Source: a virus (lineage: Duplodnaviria; Caudoviricetes). Taken from it: a stretch of DNA of 64,000 nt. Both the position numbers and the translations under genes were made by a program. Location of the stretch: positions 256,001 through 320,000 of IMG/VR virus record IMGVR_UViG_3300048854_000081; one strand, written 5' to 3'. Under the pieces are notes generated by a model. It made no database searches. It was not told the DNA's origin and saw nothing but the letters and a program-made list of their open reading frames with translations. Below, in pieces: positions 56,022-64,000 of the stretch. How positions within the stretch are numbered: the first letter of the stretch is position 1; each line of letters opens with the position of its first letter.

Positions 56022-56350
56022 TGTCTAAAGTTATGGGTTTTGAAGAACTGATGAAACATATTGAAAATCTTCCACCACCGACTGAAGATCAAATTAAAGA
56101 ATTGCGGAGAAATCTTCATATTTCTGATTATGAAGATTTCATTGGAAAGCCGTATGATACGTTTGTTAAGTTCATGTTCCAAGAGAGACTTGAATATAAC
56201 CTTGTCAGTGTAGACGGTAGGGCGATTAAAGAACACACACCGCGAGGCTTACAGGTTCATGTAGTCTTCGACAAGATTGAATCGTTTGATTACAATCTTG
56301 ATTGGTATGAAGAATACAACGAAGTATTTTATGGTAAGGATCAAGAATAA
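56021..56350 (+). CDS. hypothetical protein
   Basis: 109 aa, translationally coupled. Confidence 0.6.
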   Translation: MSKVMGFEELMKHIENLPPPTEDQIKELRRNLHISDYEDFIGKPYDTFVKFMFQERLEYNLVSVDGRAIKEHTPRGLQVHVVFDKIESFDYNLDWYEEYNEVFYGKDQE

Positions 56351-56544
56351 TGACACAACAGTTTAATGAATTTATCGGCCAGCCTTTGGAAGTCCTTGAG
56401 GAAGCCGCAAAGAAAGACGGGTTTACGGTTCGCATCACGCATAAGGATGGTCGGCCTATGGTGGTGACTCGGGATGTCCAGAACAAACGTCTTAACGTGG
56501 CTACTGTATCTGGATTGGTTACTCTTATCCTTGGAGTAGGCTGA
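56350..56544 (+). CDS. small protein, I78 peptidase-inhibitor-like pattern
   Basis: FIGQ...VRI...VVTRD...RLNV...GLVT...G. Confidence 0.5.
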   Translation: MTQQFNEFIGQPLEVLEEAAKKDGFTVRITHKDGRPMVVTRDVQNKRLNVATVSGLVTLILGVG

Positions 56545-56969
56545 TGATTTTTTATGTCTTGGGATTTGCCTTCTATGGTGATGAGGTTCTTTTAATTAGG
56601 AAGAATCGTCCATTGTGGCAGCAGGGTAAGCTTAATGGTATTGGTGGTAAGATTGAAGAAATCGACGCCAATCCATGGGCAGCTATGCAACGTGAATTCA
56701 AGGAAGAATGTGGGCTAACCGTTTCGGATTGGAAACATTATGTTACCTTGGGTGATGTAGATGGTTCTGCATGGAAAATGGTTGTGTTTACCACTGAACT
56801 GAATGATATTCATAGTTTGCACTCTGCAACTGATGAAGTGGTCGGACTTTATTCAGTTGAAGACATCATTACTTCCAAAGAAGAAATCATGTCAAATCTT
56901 CCATGGCTTATTACCTTAGCCAAGGATTGCCATGGGATACATCCTCCGTTTATTGGATATGATCAATGA
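56544..56969 (+). CDS. Nudix hydrolase
   Basis: GGKIE...AAMQREFKEECGL. Confidence 0.85.
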   Translation: MIFYVLGFAFYGDEVLLIRKNRPLWQQGKLNGIGGKIEEIDANPWAAMQREFKEECGLTVSDWKHYVTLGDVDGSAWKMVVFTTELNDIHSLHSATDEVVGLYSVEDIITSKEEIMSNLPWLITLAKDCHGIHPPFIGYDQ

Positions 56970-57244
56970 AAACTAATATTATTGAAGTTGGAACATTGGT
57001 AGTCTTTAGTCCAAAGGTATTCAATCCATTGAGACCATGGTATCCTTATTATGAAAATTATAAGGGTCAGGTCTTTAAGGTTGTTGGCTATCTGGAAGAT
57101 AAAGAAGAGGGAACAGTTTATGACCATATATTTTTAGAATGTGTCAGTGATCCTACTGTTACAGTTGACGGATGTGTTCATGACTATGATGTAATACCAA
57201 TTCCTAAGATGAACATTGATGGACATAAACATGGTCAGCATTGA
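56966..57244 (+). CDS. hypothetical protein
   Basis: 92 aa. Confidence 0.55.
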   Translation: MKTNIIEVGTLVVFSPKVFNPLRPWYPYYENYKGQVFKVVGYLEDKEEGTVYDHIFLECVSDPTVTVDGCVHDYDVIPIPKMNIDGHKHGQH

Positions 57245-57262
57245 CATTTAAAAATAGTTGAG

Positions 57263-57799
57263 TCAGGCTTCCCTTATCAGTTTGATTAATTTTATGGCAT
57301 CATCGTTACTCATGTTATTTTTTGCATAATTGATACAACATGAAACGAATTGAATGTTGCCAATTATATAACCAAGAGTCGAATCTATTCTATCTATAGA
57401 AGGTTGATCGATGTATGACGTTGAATATAAATCTAACTTGATATTGGACAATGCACATTTGCCTTGCTGTTTATCCCATAGCACACCAAGATAATCTAAT
57501 GTAATGGTCACTTCTTTGTTTCTACCTTTACATTTTCTGATCAGTGCACTGAATGGCAAATCTCTACCAAAATATTTCCTATTTTTGGCGGCAGCTTGAG
57601 TGCTAGCTTTCTTTTGTAACTCTGGATTATCAGAAAAGCTATTTTTTCCTTTTAGCTGTATAAAATTTCTTTTTCCATGACAAGAACGAGTACAGAAGAA
57701 TTTACAATCAGGATTTATTCTACGTTGTTTGTTATAATCAGCAGTTCGTTTTTCAAAAATATTACCACATTGGGAACATTGAGTAGTTGTTGTTTTCAT
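57263..57799 (-). mobile_element. HNH-type homing endonuclease with N-terminal zinc finger
   Basis: CSQCG...FCTRSC; CALS...SIDRIDS..GY..GNIQFV...N.AK; AT-rich, antisense. Confidence 0.8.
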
Positions 57800-57868
57800 A
57801 CATCTATTTAGTGGAGGTAACTGGTTAATATTATTAATAACAATTCCTGTTATCTCCACCAAGATCAC

Positions 57869-57893
57869 AAAAAGGAGCTTCGGCTCCTTTTTT
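57869..57893 (+). terminator. intrinsic terminator
   Basis: AAAAAGGAGC-TTCG-GCTCCTTTTTT. Confidence 0.8.
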
Positions 57894-58069
57894 GCTTTGC
57901 TTTAAACGAAAAATGTGGTATAAATGTCTGAAATGAAAGAAGTTTTCTTATGTTGAATAAATCTTCACAAATGTGAAGGCCAAATTTATATCGATACGAT
58001 TGTAAAGCAAATAAATAAAAATGGATCACAAAGTGTGATCTAATTCATAATTTACAGGGAGAATCCAAA

Positions 58070-58258
58070 ATGTTTATTCTAGGTGTCGCGGTTGGTGGTG
58101 TGGTTGGCATTTATCTTGGTAGAAAGTCTCCTGTCCTACAGGCATGGATTGTGACCAAGGTTGATGAGTTGGTTGCTAAGTTTAAGAAAGAAAAAGAGAA
58201 GATTCAGGTAACCACTCCTGCTTCTGTGACTGCTACAACTGAAACGAAAGCTGAATAA
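58070..58258 (+). CDS. small membrane-anchored protein
   Basis: N-terminal Gly-rich TM, GGAG RBS. Confidence 0.65.
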   Translation: MFILGVAVGGVVGIYLGRKSPVLQAWIVTKVDELVAKFKKEKEKIQVTTPASVTATTETKAE

Positions 58259-58272
58259 GAAATTAATATAAT

Positions 58273-58309
58273 TAATCGACTTGACATAATAGTCGGTCGA
58301 TTATATTAT
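58273..58309 (+). promoter_or_regulatory. sigma70-type promoter within an inverted repeat
   Basis: TTGACA-N17-TATTAT flanked by TAATCGAC...GTCGATTA. Confidence 0.6.
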
Positions 58310-58356
58310 AGGCCCACGCAACAGAAAAACAATAAGAAAACAAGGTATTATAATAA

Positions 58357-59133
58357 ATGAATCATAAGCGTAGCGTCGCAGTAGCAATGGATCGTCTATC
58401 ACATGAAGTTCTTAGTGGTAACGTTCGGGCTCAAGCAGGTTTGGATGAGTTGTTCACATTTGACATGCCACAGCCAGAAAGAAAAGTTAAGCATTACAAG
58501 CAAGTGATTCCAGTTAGTATCCATCATTTCTACGTTATCGAAGAAATTAAGGGCGTTGATTATTATCTCAATATGATCAACACGATTCGTACTGCTGAAC
58601 AGCATGACACCATTTTCATGTATTTAAACACACCGGGTGGTAGCCTACACACCGCCGTCCAGATTATCTCTGCAATTAGACAGTCTGCTGCAACGGTCGT
58701 TACATGTTTGGAAGGTGAAGTATGTTCCGCTGGTACCATGTTGTTCCTAGCAGGTCACAAGCACGTTGTAAGCCCAAACTGTACCTTCATGATTCATAAC
58801 TACTCACAGGGTGCATACGGTAAAGGTAATGATCTAACCAATCAGGTTAACTTTACTGCTGCCAACTTTGCTGAGCTTGCTCAAGACATCTATGGCGATT
58901 TCCTAACTGCTGAAGAAATTCAACTGGTTCTAGGTGGAAAAGACTATTGGATGGGTAGCAAGGAAGTTGCACGTCGAGTTGGCGACAAGCTAATCGTTCA
59001 GGATAACGGTCACAATGACGAAGTTGCTGAATTGATTAAGAGTTTGGTTCCTGCCGATAGTGCTGCCGATCCGGCTGCTGCACCTCCGGGTAAGGAAGTT
59101 AAACCTAAAAAGGTTGCCAAGTCTAAGAAGTGA
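58357..59133 (+). CDS. clpP: ClpP-like serine protease
   Basis: LNTPGG, CSAG (catalytic Ser), FMIHN (His), KDYWM. Confidence 0.85.
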   Translation: MNHKRSVAVAMDRLSHEVLSGNVRAQAGLDELFTFDMPQPERKVKHYKQVIPVSIHHFYVIEEIKGVDYYLNMINTIRTAEQHDTIFMYLNTPGGSLHTAVQIISAIRQSAATVVTCLEGEVCSAGTMLFLAGHKHVVSPNCTFMIHNYSQGAYGKGNDLTNQVNFTAANFAELAQDIYGDFLTAEEIQLVLGGKDYWMGSKEVARRVGDKLIVQDNGHNDEVAELIKSLVPADSAADPAAAPPGKEVKPKKVAKSKK

Positions 59134-59140
59134 TGATAAG

Positions 59141-59169
59141 ATGGGCCTTCGTGAGAAGGCCCATTTTTT
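59141..59169 (+). terminator. hairpin/terminator upstream of primase
   Basis: ATGGGCCTTC-GTGA-GAAGGCCCATTTTTT. Confidence 0.65.
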
Positions 59170-60213
59170 ATGTTCGATAAAAATATTGAAGATTTAGTTC
59201 GTGAATACGTCACTTTCAATCATGGGTTGAATTCTAAAGGTTGGAATCGTACCTTTTGTGAAGTATGTGGTGACGGCAGTCGCACCAAGGGTCCACGCGG
59301 TGGCTGGCTCTTCAGTGGTGAAATGTGTTTCTATCACTGCTTCAACTGTGGTATCGATGGCAACTTTGATTCAGACCGTGAGCATCCTTTCAGTAAGGAA
59401 ATGGTCAAGATTTTCGATGGCTTCAATATTCCATCTAAGGAATATTTTGCTATTGCCTATTCTAAGAAAGTACTCGAAGAGAATGGTAAAAAAGAAAAGA
59501 AGCCAGAACGCAAGAAGACCGTTGTCGAGTCATTCGACATCCCCGATTTCTTCGTCAATTTGGAAGATGTCAGTAAAGAAAACATCTATGCCAAGCTTGC
59601 CTATGAAGAGCTAAAGCGTCGTAACATCGATCCGCAATCGTATCCTTTTTACATGAGTTCCGGTAAGTCCAAGGCTGGTCCTCGTGATGAGGCAATTGCT
59701 AAGGCATTTATGGGAAGGCTCATCATCCCTTTCTTCGATGCTGACGCCAACCTGATCTACTATCAAGGTCTAGACTTAAGTAAGCAATCCAAGAAGAAGT
59801 ACCTGAATGCTGACGTTCCACGTACCAATGTCATTTCAGGCATGGAACGTTTAACCATGAATACCCAAAGTCCACTCTATGTAACGGAAGGCTTCTTTGA
59901 TGCTTACCATCTGAAGGGTGTGAGTATTCAAGAAAACAGTTTGACCCAAGGTCAGATCGATTTACTCAAGAGAAGTCCACGTAGAAAGGTGTTTGTTCCT
60001 GATAAGAAATCGGACTCTTCAAAGGTCGTTGACCAGTTTATTAAGTTAGGTTGGGAGGTCACAGTACCCGATATTGGATCATCTTGTAAGGATATTGATG
60101 ATGCTGTTCGTAAGTACGGAAAGCTCTATACATTACAGCAAGTTTCATCTAACATTCACAGGGCTGATGATGCAAAAATCCTACTCAAATTAAGTGGTTA
60201 CCTAATAAAGTGA
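59170..60213 (+). CDS. DNA primase (T4 gp61-like)
   Basis: CEVCGD...YHCFNC zinc finger, RLIIPF, TOPRIM TEGFFDA, KDIDD. Confidence 0.88.
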   Translation: MFDKNIEDLVREYVTFNHGLNSKGWNRTFCEVCGDGSRTKGPRGGWLFSGEMCFYHCFNCGIDGNFDSDREHPFSKEMVKIFDGFNIPSKEYFAIAYSKKVLEENGKKEKKPERKKTVVESFDIPDFFVNLEDVSKENIYAKLAYEELKRRNIDPQSYPFYMSSGKSKAGPRDEAIAKAFMGRLIIPFFDADANLIYYQGLDLSKQSKKKYLNADVPRTNVISGMERLTMNTQSPLYVTEGFFDAYHLKGVSIQENSLTQGQIDLLKRSPRRKVFVPDKKSDSSKVVDQFIKLGWEVTVPDIGSSCKDIDDAVRKYGKLYTLQQVSSNIHRADDAKILLKLSGYLIK

Positions 60214-60277
60214 CAATTTACGTCGGTTTTGTGAAATAACTGCATAAATAGTTGTATCATAAACTGAGATTGGTTAA

Positions 60278-60448
60278 ATGAAGAAAAAATCTTTAGACAC
60301 ATCTACCGTCAAGTCGAAGGCCGATAAGGTCAATGAGGACATTCTATATTTAACTTTCCTAGCTGAAGCTCAGAGAAAGTTTCCAGAGAATTTTGTCAAG
60401 GAAGATATCCTTCGCGCTCTCGGTAAAAAGCTAGGTTCAGATGTCTAA
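60278..60448 (+). CDS. small hypothetical protein (56 aa, not in the ORF track)
   Basis: Open frame after CATAAATA (60243-60250). Confidence 0.5.
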   Translation: MKKKSLDTSTVKSKADKVNEDILYLTFLAEAQRKFPENFVKEDILRALGKKLGSDV

Positions 60449-60605
60449 GATAACGGTTGAAGATTTGGCCCGTTACGTTGAATCCCATCCCATAGAGGCA
60501 GTGGTTGCCTTAATTGATATTGAAGAGGTCGAAGACCCCATTATCCGAACCATCCTACATACCCTCGATCATTCTATATCAAGGCTTCGCGAAGAGTTGA
60601 ATTAA
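60441..60605 (+). CDS. small hypothetical protein (54 aa, not in the ORF track)
   Basis: MSKITVEDLARYVESHP...; overlaps the previous stop. Confidence 0.5.
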   Translation: MSKITVEDLARYVESHPIEAVVALIDIEEVEDPIIRTILHTLDHSISRLREELN

Positions 60606-60622
60606 AAAGCTTTAGGTAAACA

Positions 60623-60630
60623 TATAAATA
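60623..60630 (+). promoter_or_regulatory. T4-type late promoter
   Basis: TATAAATA. Confidence 0.7.
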
Positions 60631-60654
60631 GTTCGAATGTGAAAACTATTGAAT

Positions 60655-62700
60655 ATGGCCGATACACTTGTTAAAAAACGACCCGTAGATGCTTTCAAAG
60701 ACTACTTCATGGAGGTTAAACCCTACCATGCCAAGATTCTTGAAATAGTCGAGAAATACAATTTCTATGATAGCGTCAATGTTGATTTTGACGAAAGAAT
60801 CACCTATGAATATACTCTCGCTAATGACCCTCTATGCAATGGCGTAGGCTTTGGTTATGAATGGGACGAAGAGTGTGGCTTTGACGCCAAGGAATGTTGC
60901 CATCTAGGCACGTGCCCACCTTCATCAGACACCTTCCTAAACTTATCTGAAACAGTAAGCTCGGCTGTCCACAGCGTGCTTGCTGTAAATGCTGATATTC
61001 TTATCGATGGTAATCATACTTTCGATAACACATTTGCTATTAAGAAAATCCTAGGACAGAATACATTTACCATTGCTGGTGATGTATCGACCTATTTCTT
61101 CGTTCAGCCAACCTTTGCACTTATTCCATTCAATACCATTAAGTACAGCATTAATAATGCTAACTCGATTACTATCTTCGGTAACTTTGCTCAACAGTTT
61201 ACCGATAAAAAGACATTCGATATCTACGGTACGAAGCAGAGTGATAAGAAGTATAACGTAATTTCTGCGGCTTATTCTGCGTCAACCAATATGACGACTA
61301 TTGTTGTGGCTGAAACCATGACACCGAATGATCCCGGTTCTATCCTAATTCATACCGTGAGTAGAAACAATGGCGTCTATACGATGCTTAATGTTACCTA
61401 TAATGGTGTGGACACAGTTGTTACCATTGATGCCAGCACTCGCCAGCTAGTTACAGAAAATGCAACGTCCGTTTTGTTCAAGACTGGCTACATTGAAGGT
61501 CGTGTAGTTTCTCTTCAAAACAACAATGTTCAGAATGATGGTGAGTTTATCGTTGTGGATAGTACCTATGATCCATCGATAGACGCCACCACGGTTTCTG
61601 TAACGAATTCCTTGGGCATAGATACGGGTGCAGTAGGCCAGTTGATCTTGGAAGTAAAATTAGGCGTTAATGACTTTCTAGCTGATCTTCAGTGTCAGCC
61701 ACCAAATGAAAATAACATCGCAGTTAACTTTGGTGAGAGATTAGTCATTCGCGGTGGTTTTAGACCATCACCAACACCAAGCCCAACACCGACGATGACT
61801 CCAACAGTCACGCCAACCATGACCATTACCCCAACGTTGACTATTACTCCGACGTTGACTATCACACCTACTCTAACAATTACACCAACGTTGACGATCA
61901 CGCCAACCAATACCGCCACAATTACCCCAACAGTAACACGCACCATCACTCCAACGGCAACGGCTGCACCAACCCGCACTCCGTTCCCTACACAGACGCC
62001 GGTACCTACGATCACCCCTACACCTAGCCCGTTCCCAGCAATTGGCTATACAATCGTTGACGGCGATACACGCTCGACAACGTTTGGTAGAAATTATGGT
62101 CAGATTGGTCTAATTCAGATTGCTTGTACTTCTGGTCGATTTGATGACTTGTATCGTGGTGCTCCGTTCGCACTCGATCCATTCAGTGGTAACGTTGTGA
62201 ATTGTACCTATAACACACATAACTCATATTCACCAACATCGCGTCCACAGCAAATTGAGCATGATGCTTTCACAAGCATGCCTATCATATTCCCTAATGG
62301 TGGTTCTGGTAACTTTACCGTTACAGTAAGCAATATTGTTATTCAGTGTCAGAAGCAGGCTCAGGCTGCTAGCCCATCATGCGTTGGTATAGCTCAGCCT
62401 ACGGCATCCGCACCAACGACTATCTCAACGAACGTGGGTAATGCCATTCTTTGTAACAATAATGGTATCTCATGGACACCGGGTGGTGCCAAGAATATCC
62501 TATTCAATGGTTATTATGGCGGCTTTGGTCCACTTGTCGGCATGGTAGGCTGTAGTGGTATTTTCGATTACCAGATGTTGTTCAACTTCACTGTAACAAT
62601 TACCGATAACGTTACAGGACATCAGGTATTCATTCCCGGTCAGATGGCCGTGGATAGAGCATCGACGAATGCTCAGGGTGCTTATAACCCTTGCGGATAA
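60655..62700 (+). CDS. virion structural protein with Thr/Pro repeat linker
   Basis: Late promoter, beta-rich domains, TPTLTI repeats, Cys-containing distal domain. Confidence 0.7.
   Translation: MADTLVKKRPVDAFKDYFMEVKPYHAKILEIVEKYNFYDSVNVDFDERITYEYTLANDPLCNGVGFGYEWDEECGFDAKECCHLGTCPPSSDTFLNLSETVSSAVHSVLAVNADILIDGNHTFDNTFAIKKILGQNTFTIAGDVSTYFFVQPTFALIPFNTIKYSINNANSITIFGNFAQQFTDKKTFDIYGTKQSDKKYNVISAAYSASTNMTTIVVAETMTPNDPGSILIHTVSRNNGVYTMLNVTYNGVDTVVTIDASTRQLVTENATSVLFKTGYIEGRVVSLQNNNVQNDGEFIVVDSTYDPSIDATTVSVTNSLGIDTGAVGQLILEVKLGVNDFLADLQCQPPNENNIAVNFGERLVIRGGFRPSPTPSPTPTMTPTVTPTMTITPTLTITPTLTITPTLTITPTLTITPTNTATITPTVTRTITPTATAAPTRTPFPTQTPVPTITPTPSPFPAIGYTIVDGDTRSTTFGRNYGQIGLIQIACTSGRFDDLYRGAPFALDPFSGNVVNCTYNTHNSYSPTSRPQQIEHDAFTSMPIIFPNGGSGNFTVTVSNIVIQCQKQAQAASPSCVGIAQPTASAPTTISTNVGNAILCNNNGISWTPGGAKNILFNGYYGGFGPLVGMVGCSGIFDYQMLFNFTVTITDNVTGHQVFIPGQMAVDRASTNAQGAYNPCG
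61810..61899 (+). repeat. 18-bp coding tandem repeat (TPT[M/L]TI x5)
   Basis: Near-identical peptide units with synonymous divergence. Confidence 0.8.
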
Positions 62701-62704
62701 AAGA

Positions 62705-62727
62705 AAAGGGCGCTTAAGCGCCCTTTT
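62705..62727. terminator. bidirectional terminator
   Basis: AAAAGGGCGC-TTAA-GCGCCCTTTT between convergent genes. Confidence 0.7.
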
Positions 62728-63253
62728 CGATAATGTCCTTGATCTTTTGGATCGTGGACTTTGCGTCAGTATGTAGAATACCGATACCGCCAGCTTCAAC
62801 CCAAGGATCAATCGACTTGGAACGGTCATCGACCAGAATAACCTTAGGTCCGGCAAACGCTGCCTTCTCTAGGCTCTTGGTAACCACTTCGGTATGATAC
62901 TTACCATAATGCTTTCTGATCCACCGCTTCTTCTGGTGCGGTGCATCCTGTGGACTGTGGCCCGAAGCAGTTAGGAATCCAATATCCCCGGCTGCAAAGG
63001 TTTCCTTTACGAAATCGAAAAGAATGTCCGCATCATGCATCTTTTCCAGCGAATAGAAGAACGGCGTGTGAGCATCATAGCTGTTGATAGCCTTCCACAT
63101 CTTGCGCTTGTCAATGGTAGCTTCGTCAACCTTCTCCATCAGGTCCAGTGCTTCCTTCGGGAAGATTCCCATGAGTTCGGCAACCTTGCGGGCGAAGTCA
63201 CTGATAACCCCATCCATATCTAAAAATATTGTGTAACCATGTGTCTTAGTCAT
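62714..63253 (-). CDS. 5'(3')-deoxyribonucleotidase (HAD)
   Basis: FLDMDGVISDF, FLTA, KKRW, LVDDR, GGIGILH. Confidence 0.82.
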   Translation of the reverse strand: MTKTHGYTIFLDMDGVISDFARKVAELMGIFPKEALDLMEKVDEATIDKRKMWKAINSYDAHTPFFYSLEKMHDADILFDFVKETFAAGDIGFLTASGHSPQDAPHQKKRWIRKHYGKYHTEVVTKSLEKAAFAGPKVILVDDRSKSIDPWVEAGGIGILHTDAKSTIQKIKDIIEKGA

Positions 63254-63374
63254 CGTCTTATTCTCTTGTCTTTAATGAGAAAAGTATAACATGAAACCTA
63301 AGTTAGTCAAGATGAAAAAATTTAACTTCCGTTCATGGATGGTGTTGTAATATGTGAACATAGGAGGATTATCT

Positions 63375-63632
63375 ATGACTACGACTACTTGGCTCCAACG
63401 CTTAAGAAAGCTTTCAGCAGATTACGATGCCAACCCTACCCCCAGCTACTTCGTCATTGAAGCCAGCATGGCGTTGAAGCATGAAATCGATAAGGAACTG
63501 AATAAGAATAATCCATCCAGTTTTGATCACGTCATCCATGAGCAGACGCCATTGGAAGATAAGATTGACAATATCATCGACAAGGCCGACACGGCAGCGA
63601 TCATCGGATTAGGGTTGTTTGGTAGGAATTAA
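63375..63632 (+). CDS. hypothetical protein
   Basis: GGAGG RBS then ATG 63375. Confidence 0.6.
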   Translation: MTTTTWLQRLRKLSADYDANPTPSYFVIEASMALKHEIDKELNKNNPSSFDHVIHEQTPLEDKIDNIIDKADTAAIIGLGLFGRN

Positions 63633-63659
63633 AAAGGCCGGGAATTCCCGGCCTTTTTT
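63632..63659. terminator. bidirectional terminator
   Basis: AAAAGGCCGGG-AATT-CCCGGCCTTTTT; nearly identical to 39504-39530. Confidence 0.8.
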
Positions 63660-63855
63660 ATATATTTCTTTCGATTACATCATGAGCATCTTTAAGAATC
63701 TCTACGATTCTCTTAATTTCTTCATCTTCAATCTCATCATCTTCGGGACTGTAGGTTTCGAAATTAGGAACATCGTGTTCCAAACAAAGTTCACTGATTT
63801 CTGTAAAACGTTCTTTTAGTGACTCAAAGAAACTCTCACGGTTTAAATTACGCAT
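63658..63855 (-). CDS. small acidic hypothetical protein
   Basis: GGAG RBS, 65 aa. Confidence 0.6.
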   Translation of the reverse strand: MRNLNRESFFESLKERFTEISELCLEHDVPNFETYSPEDDEIEDEEIKRIVEILKDAHDVIERNI

Positions 63856-63874
63856 TTTAAATTAAAGCTCCTAA

Positions 63875-64000
63875 TTATCCTAATAAAAATTGCTGTCCAC
63901 CTTTTGTCACTGGGACGATGGTGGCTTTCTGCTTTGTGCTTTCGTCAAGATAGGCAATAGAGGCTTCAGCCATGGAACGATTACCATGCTTGCTCACTAC
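63875..64000 (-). CDS. hypothetical protein (5' part outside the window)
   Basis: Open frame VVSKHGNRSMAEAS...QFLLG*. Confidence 0.5.
   Translation of the reverse strand, partial: VVSKHGNRSMAEASIAYLDESTKQKATIVPVTKGGQQFLLG

Noticed and set aside
57811-57861. Intact tRNA or tmRNA gene
   Set aside because: Too short, with no anticodon arm or tag ORF; kept only as a finding.
61765-62035. CRISPR array or DGR-type repeats in the repetitive tracts
   Set aside because: The repeats are in-frame, synonymous-variable peptide repeats without spacers, and no cas or reverse transcriptase gene is present.
1-64000. Alternative genetic code (stop-codon reassignment)
   Set aside because: Recognisable enzymes are full length and densely packed under the standard code.

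Overview
A 64-kb segment of a large lytic dsDNA phage genome, probably a T4-related jumbo myovirus. The evidence is a dense phage gene set, sigma70-type early promoters (TTGAC-N16/18-TAnnnT) and T4-type late promoters (nATAAATA). The window holds: (1) a recombination/replication block (UvsX/RecA, UvsY-like, UvsW helicase, clamp loader subunits, GroES-like, primase, NAD-dependent ligase) with a small C-family (DnaE-like) polymerase split into two genes about 9.5 kb apart; (2) late structural genes with Pro/Thr-rich linkers, two of which end in atypical Hint (intein-like) domains; (3) spanins and a lipase; (4) an unusually large NAD-related cluster (NADAR, NadM-Nudix, SET-domain protein, Nampt, PRTase-like protein, NadE-like synthetase, 2OG-Fe(II) oxygenase, HIGH nucleotidyltransferase); (5) RNA-repair and counter-defence genes (HNH-RNA ligase, CCA enzyme, PNK-like kinase, HADs, Acb1-like 2H phosphoesterase); (6) three free-standing homing-endonuclease-like genes. 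The best candidates for undescribed systems are the extended NAD module and the Hint-containing virion paralogs. All calls come from motif recognition by eye; no searches were run. I found no intact tRNA, rRNA or CRISPR array.
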